Shown: one piece after another, positions 63,226 to 64,000 of the stretch
Layout: each line of letters starts with the position of its first letter
Position numbering within the stretch: the stretch's first letter is position 1
Source of the DNA: Auanema rhodensis
Taxonomy: Eukaryota; Animalia; Nematoda
Length of the DNA: 64,000 nucleotides
Assembly: GCA_964057225.1 (NCBI GenBank)
Contig: OZ059900.1
Location: 24,304,001 to 24,368,000 of the forward strand
Reading direction: 5' to 3'
Position numbers and translations under genes: made by a program
Notes under the pieces: generated by a model
What the model was told of the DNA's origin: nothing
What the model saw: the letters and a program-made list of their open reading frames with translations, nothing else
Databases searched by the model: none

Positions 63226-64000
63226 AAAATACTTCATTTTAGTATGTAACACGCTGAAATTCGTTGCATTTGACGACTCATATGAACAAAAATCGATTTA
63301 ATCAATATTAGCCATAAGGGGCGTGCCCTCAGAATGTGCTAATTTCCTTAATTTTCTAACCCCTGTTTTTTTGTCGTGAAAGTGGAATTAGACGTTGTAA
63401 GAACAATTTTGAGCTAGGTTTCATTGACATTGCATGAGTTTGAACACATGAAATCGTAAGTCAAAACCTTGTTTACAGCGAACTTTCCAAAAACTGGTTT
63501 TCCAGCATAATAAAATATTTCTCATGGGAAATACTGTGTTTTTGTATTTTTATAGTGTTCAGCATGTAAAATGCTTCATTTTAGTATGTAACACCCTGAA
63601 ATTCGTTTCATTTGACGACTCATATGAACAAAAATCGATTTAATCAATATTAGCCATAAGGGGCGTGCCCTCAGAATATGCTAATTTCCTTAATTTTCTA
63701 ACCCCTGTTTTTTTGTCGTGAAAGTGGAACTAGACGTTGTAGGAACAATTTTGAGCTAGGTTTCATTGACATTGCATGAGTTTGAACACATGAAATCGTA
63801 AGTCAAAACCTTGTTTACAGCGAAATTTCCAAAAACTGGTTTTCCAGCATAATAAAATATTTCTCATGGGAAATACTGTGTTTTTGTATTTTTCTAGTGT
63901 TCAGCATGTGAAATACTTCATTTTAGTATGTAACACGCTGAAATTCGTTGCATTTGACGACTCATATGAACAAAAATCGATTTAATCAATATTAGCCATA

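Larger units (their letters stand above)
1..64000. repeat. Tandem satellite DNA array, 342-bp monomer, ~187.3 copies, single orientation, probably (peri)centromeric/heterochromatic
   Basis: The unit '(a/g)aaatgcttcattttagtatgtaacacgctg...gtgttcagcatgt' restarts at 1, 343, 684, 1026, 1368, 1709, 2051 ... 63568, 63910. I saw no intervening non-satellite sequence or inversion. The centromeric/heterochromatic role is inference from length, homogeneity and AT-richness. Confidence 0.99.

Noticed and set aside
1-64000. Repetitive protein-coding ORF (342 is divisible by 3)
   Set aside because: Plus-strand stops occur in all frames early in the monomer (TAG 15-17, TAA 22-24, TAA 74-76). Minus-strand stops also occur in all frames (tca 9-11, tta 14-16, tta 73-75). 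Frequent 340/341/343-bp units would frameshift any ORF.
1-64000. CRISPR array or other repeat-spacer system
   Set aside because: There are no unique spacers: the entire 342-bp unit is repeated, and no cas or other genes are present.

Overview
The whole 64-kb window is one uninterrupted, head-to-tail, single-orientation satellite DNA array. It holds about 187 full copies plus a 91-bp partial copy of an AT-rich (~34.5% GC, counted on monomer 1) 342-bp monomer, with length variants of 340-343 bp from homopolymer indels. Most copies differ from consensus at only about 0-6 positions. There are no genes, RNA genes, transposons or CRISPR arrays: all six reading frames hit a stop within the first ~80 bp of the monomer. 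It looks like eukaryotic (peri)centromeric or heterochromatic satellite; I cannot name the family or species from the sequence alone. The interesting signal is structural. (1) Reading diagnostic variants by eye shows a succession of local, nested higher-order repeats (12/11-mer, 6-mer, 9/10-mer, 5-mer, 7-mer, 5-mer, 4/9-mer, 2/6-mer, 3-mer) arranged in variant-defined domains. (2) The monomer appears to be an ancient dimer of ~170-bp halves and is packed with dyad symmetries. (3) A divergent ~95-bp haplotype patch is confined to 50-63 kb. (4) Some point variants perfect a quasi-palindrome. All monomer typing was manual and should be confirmed computationally.
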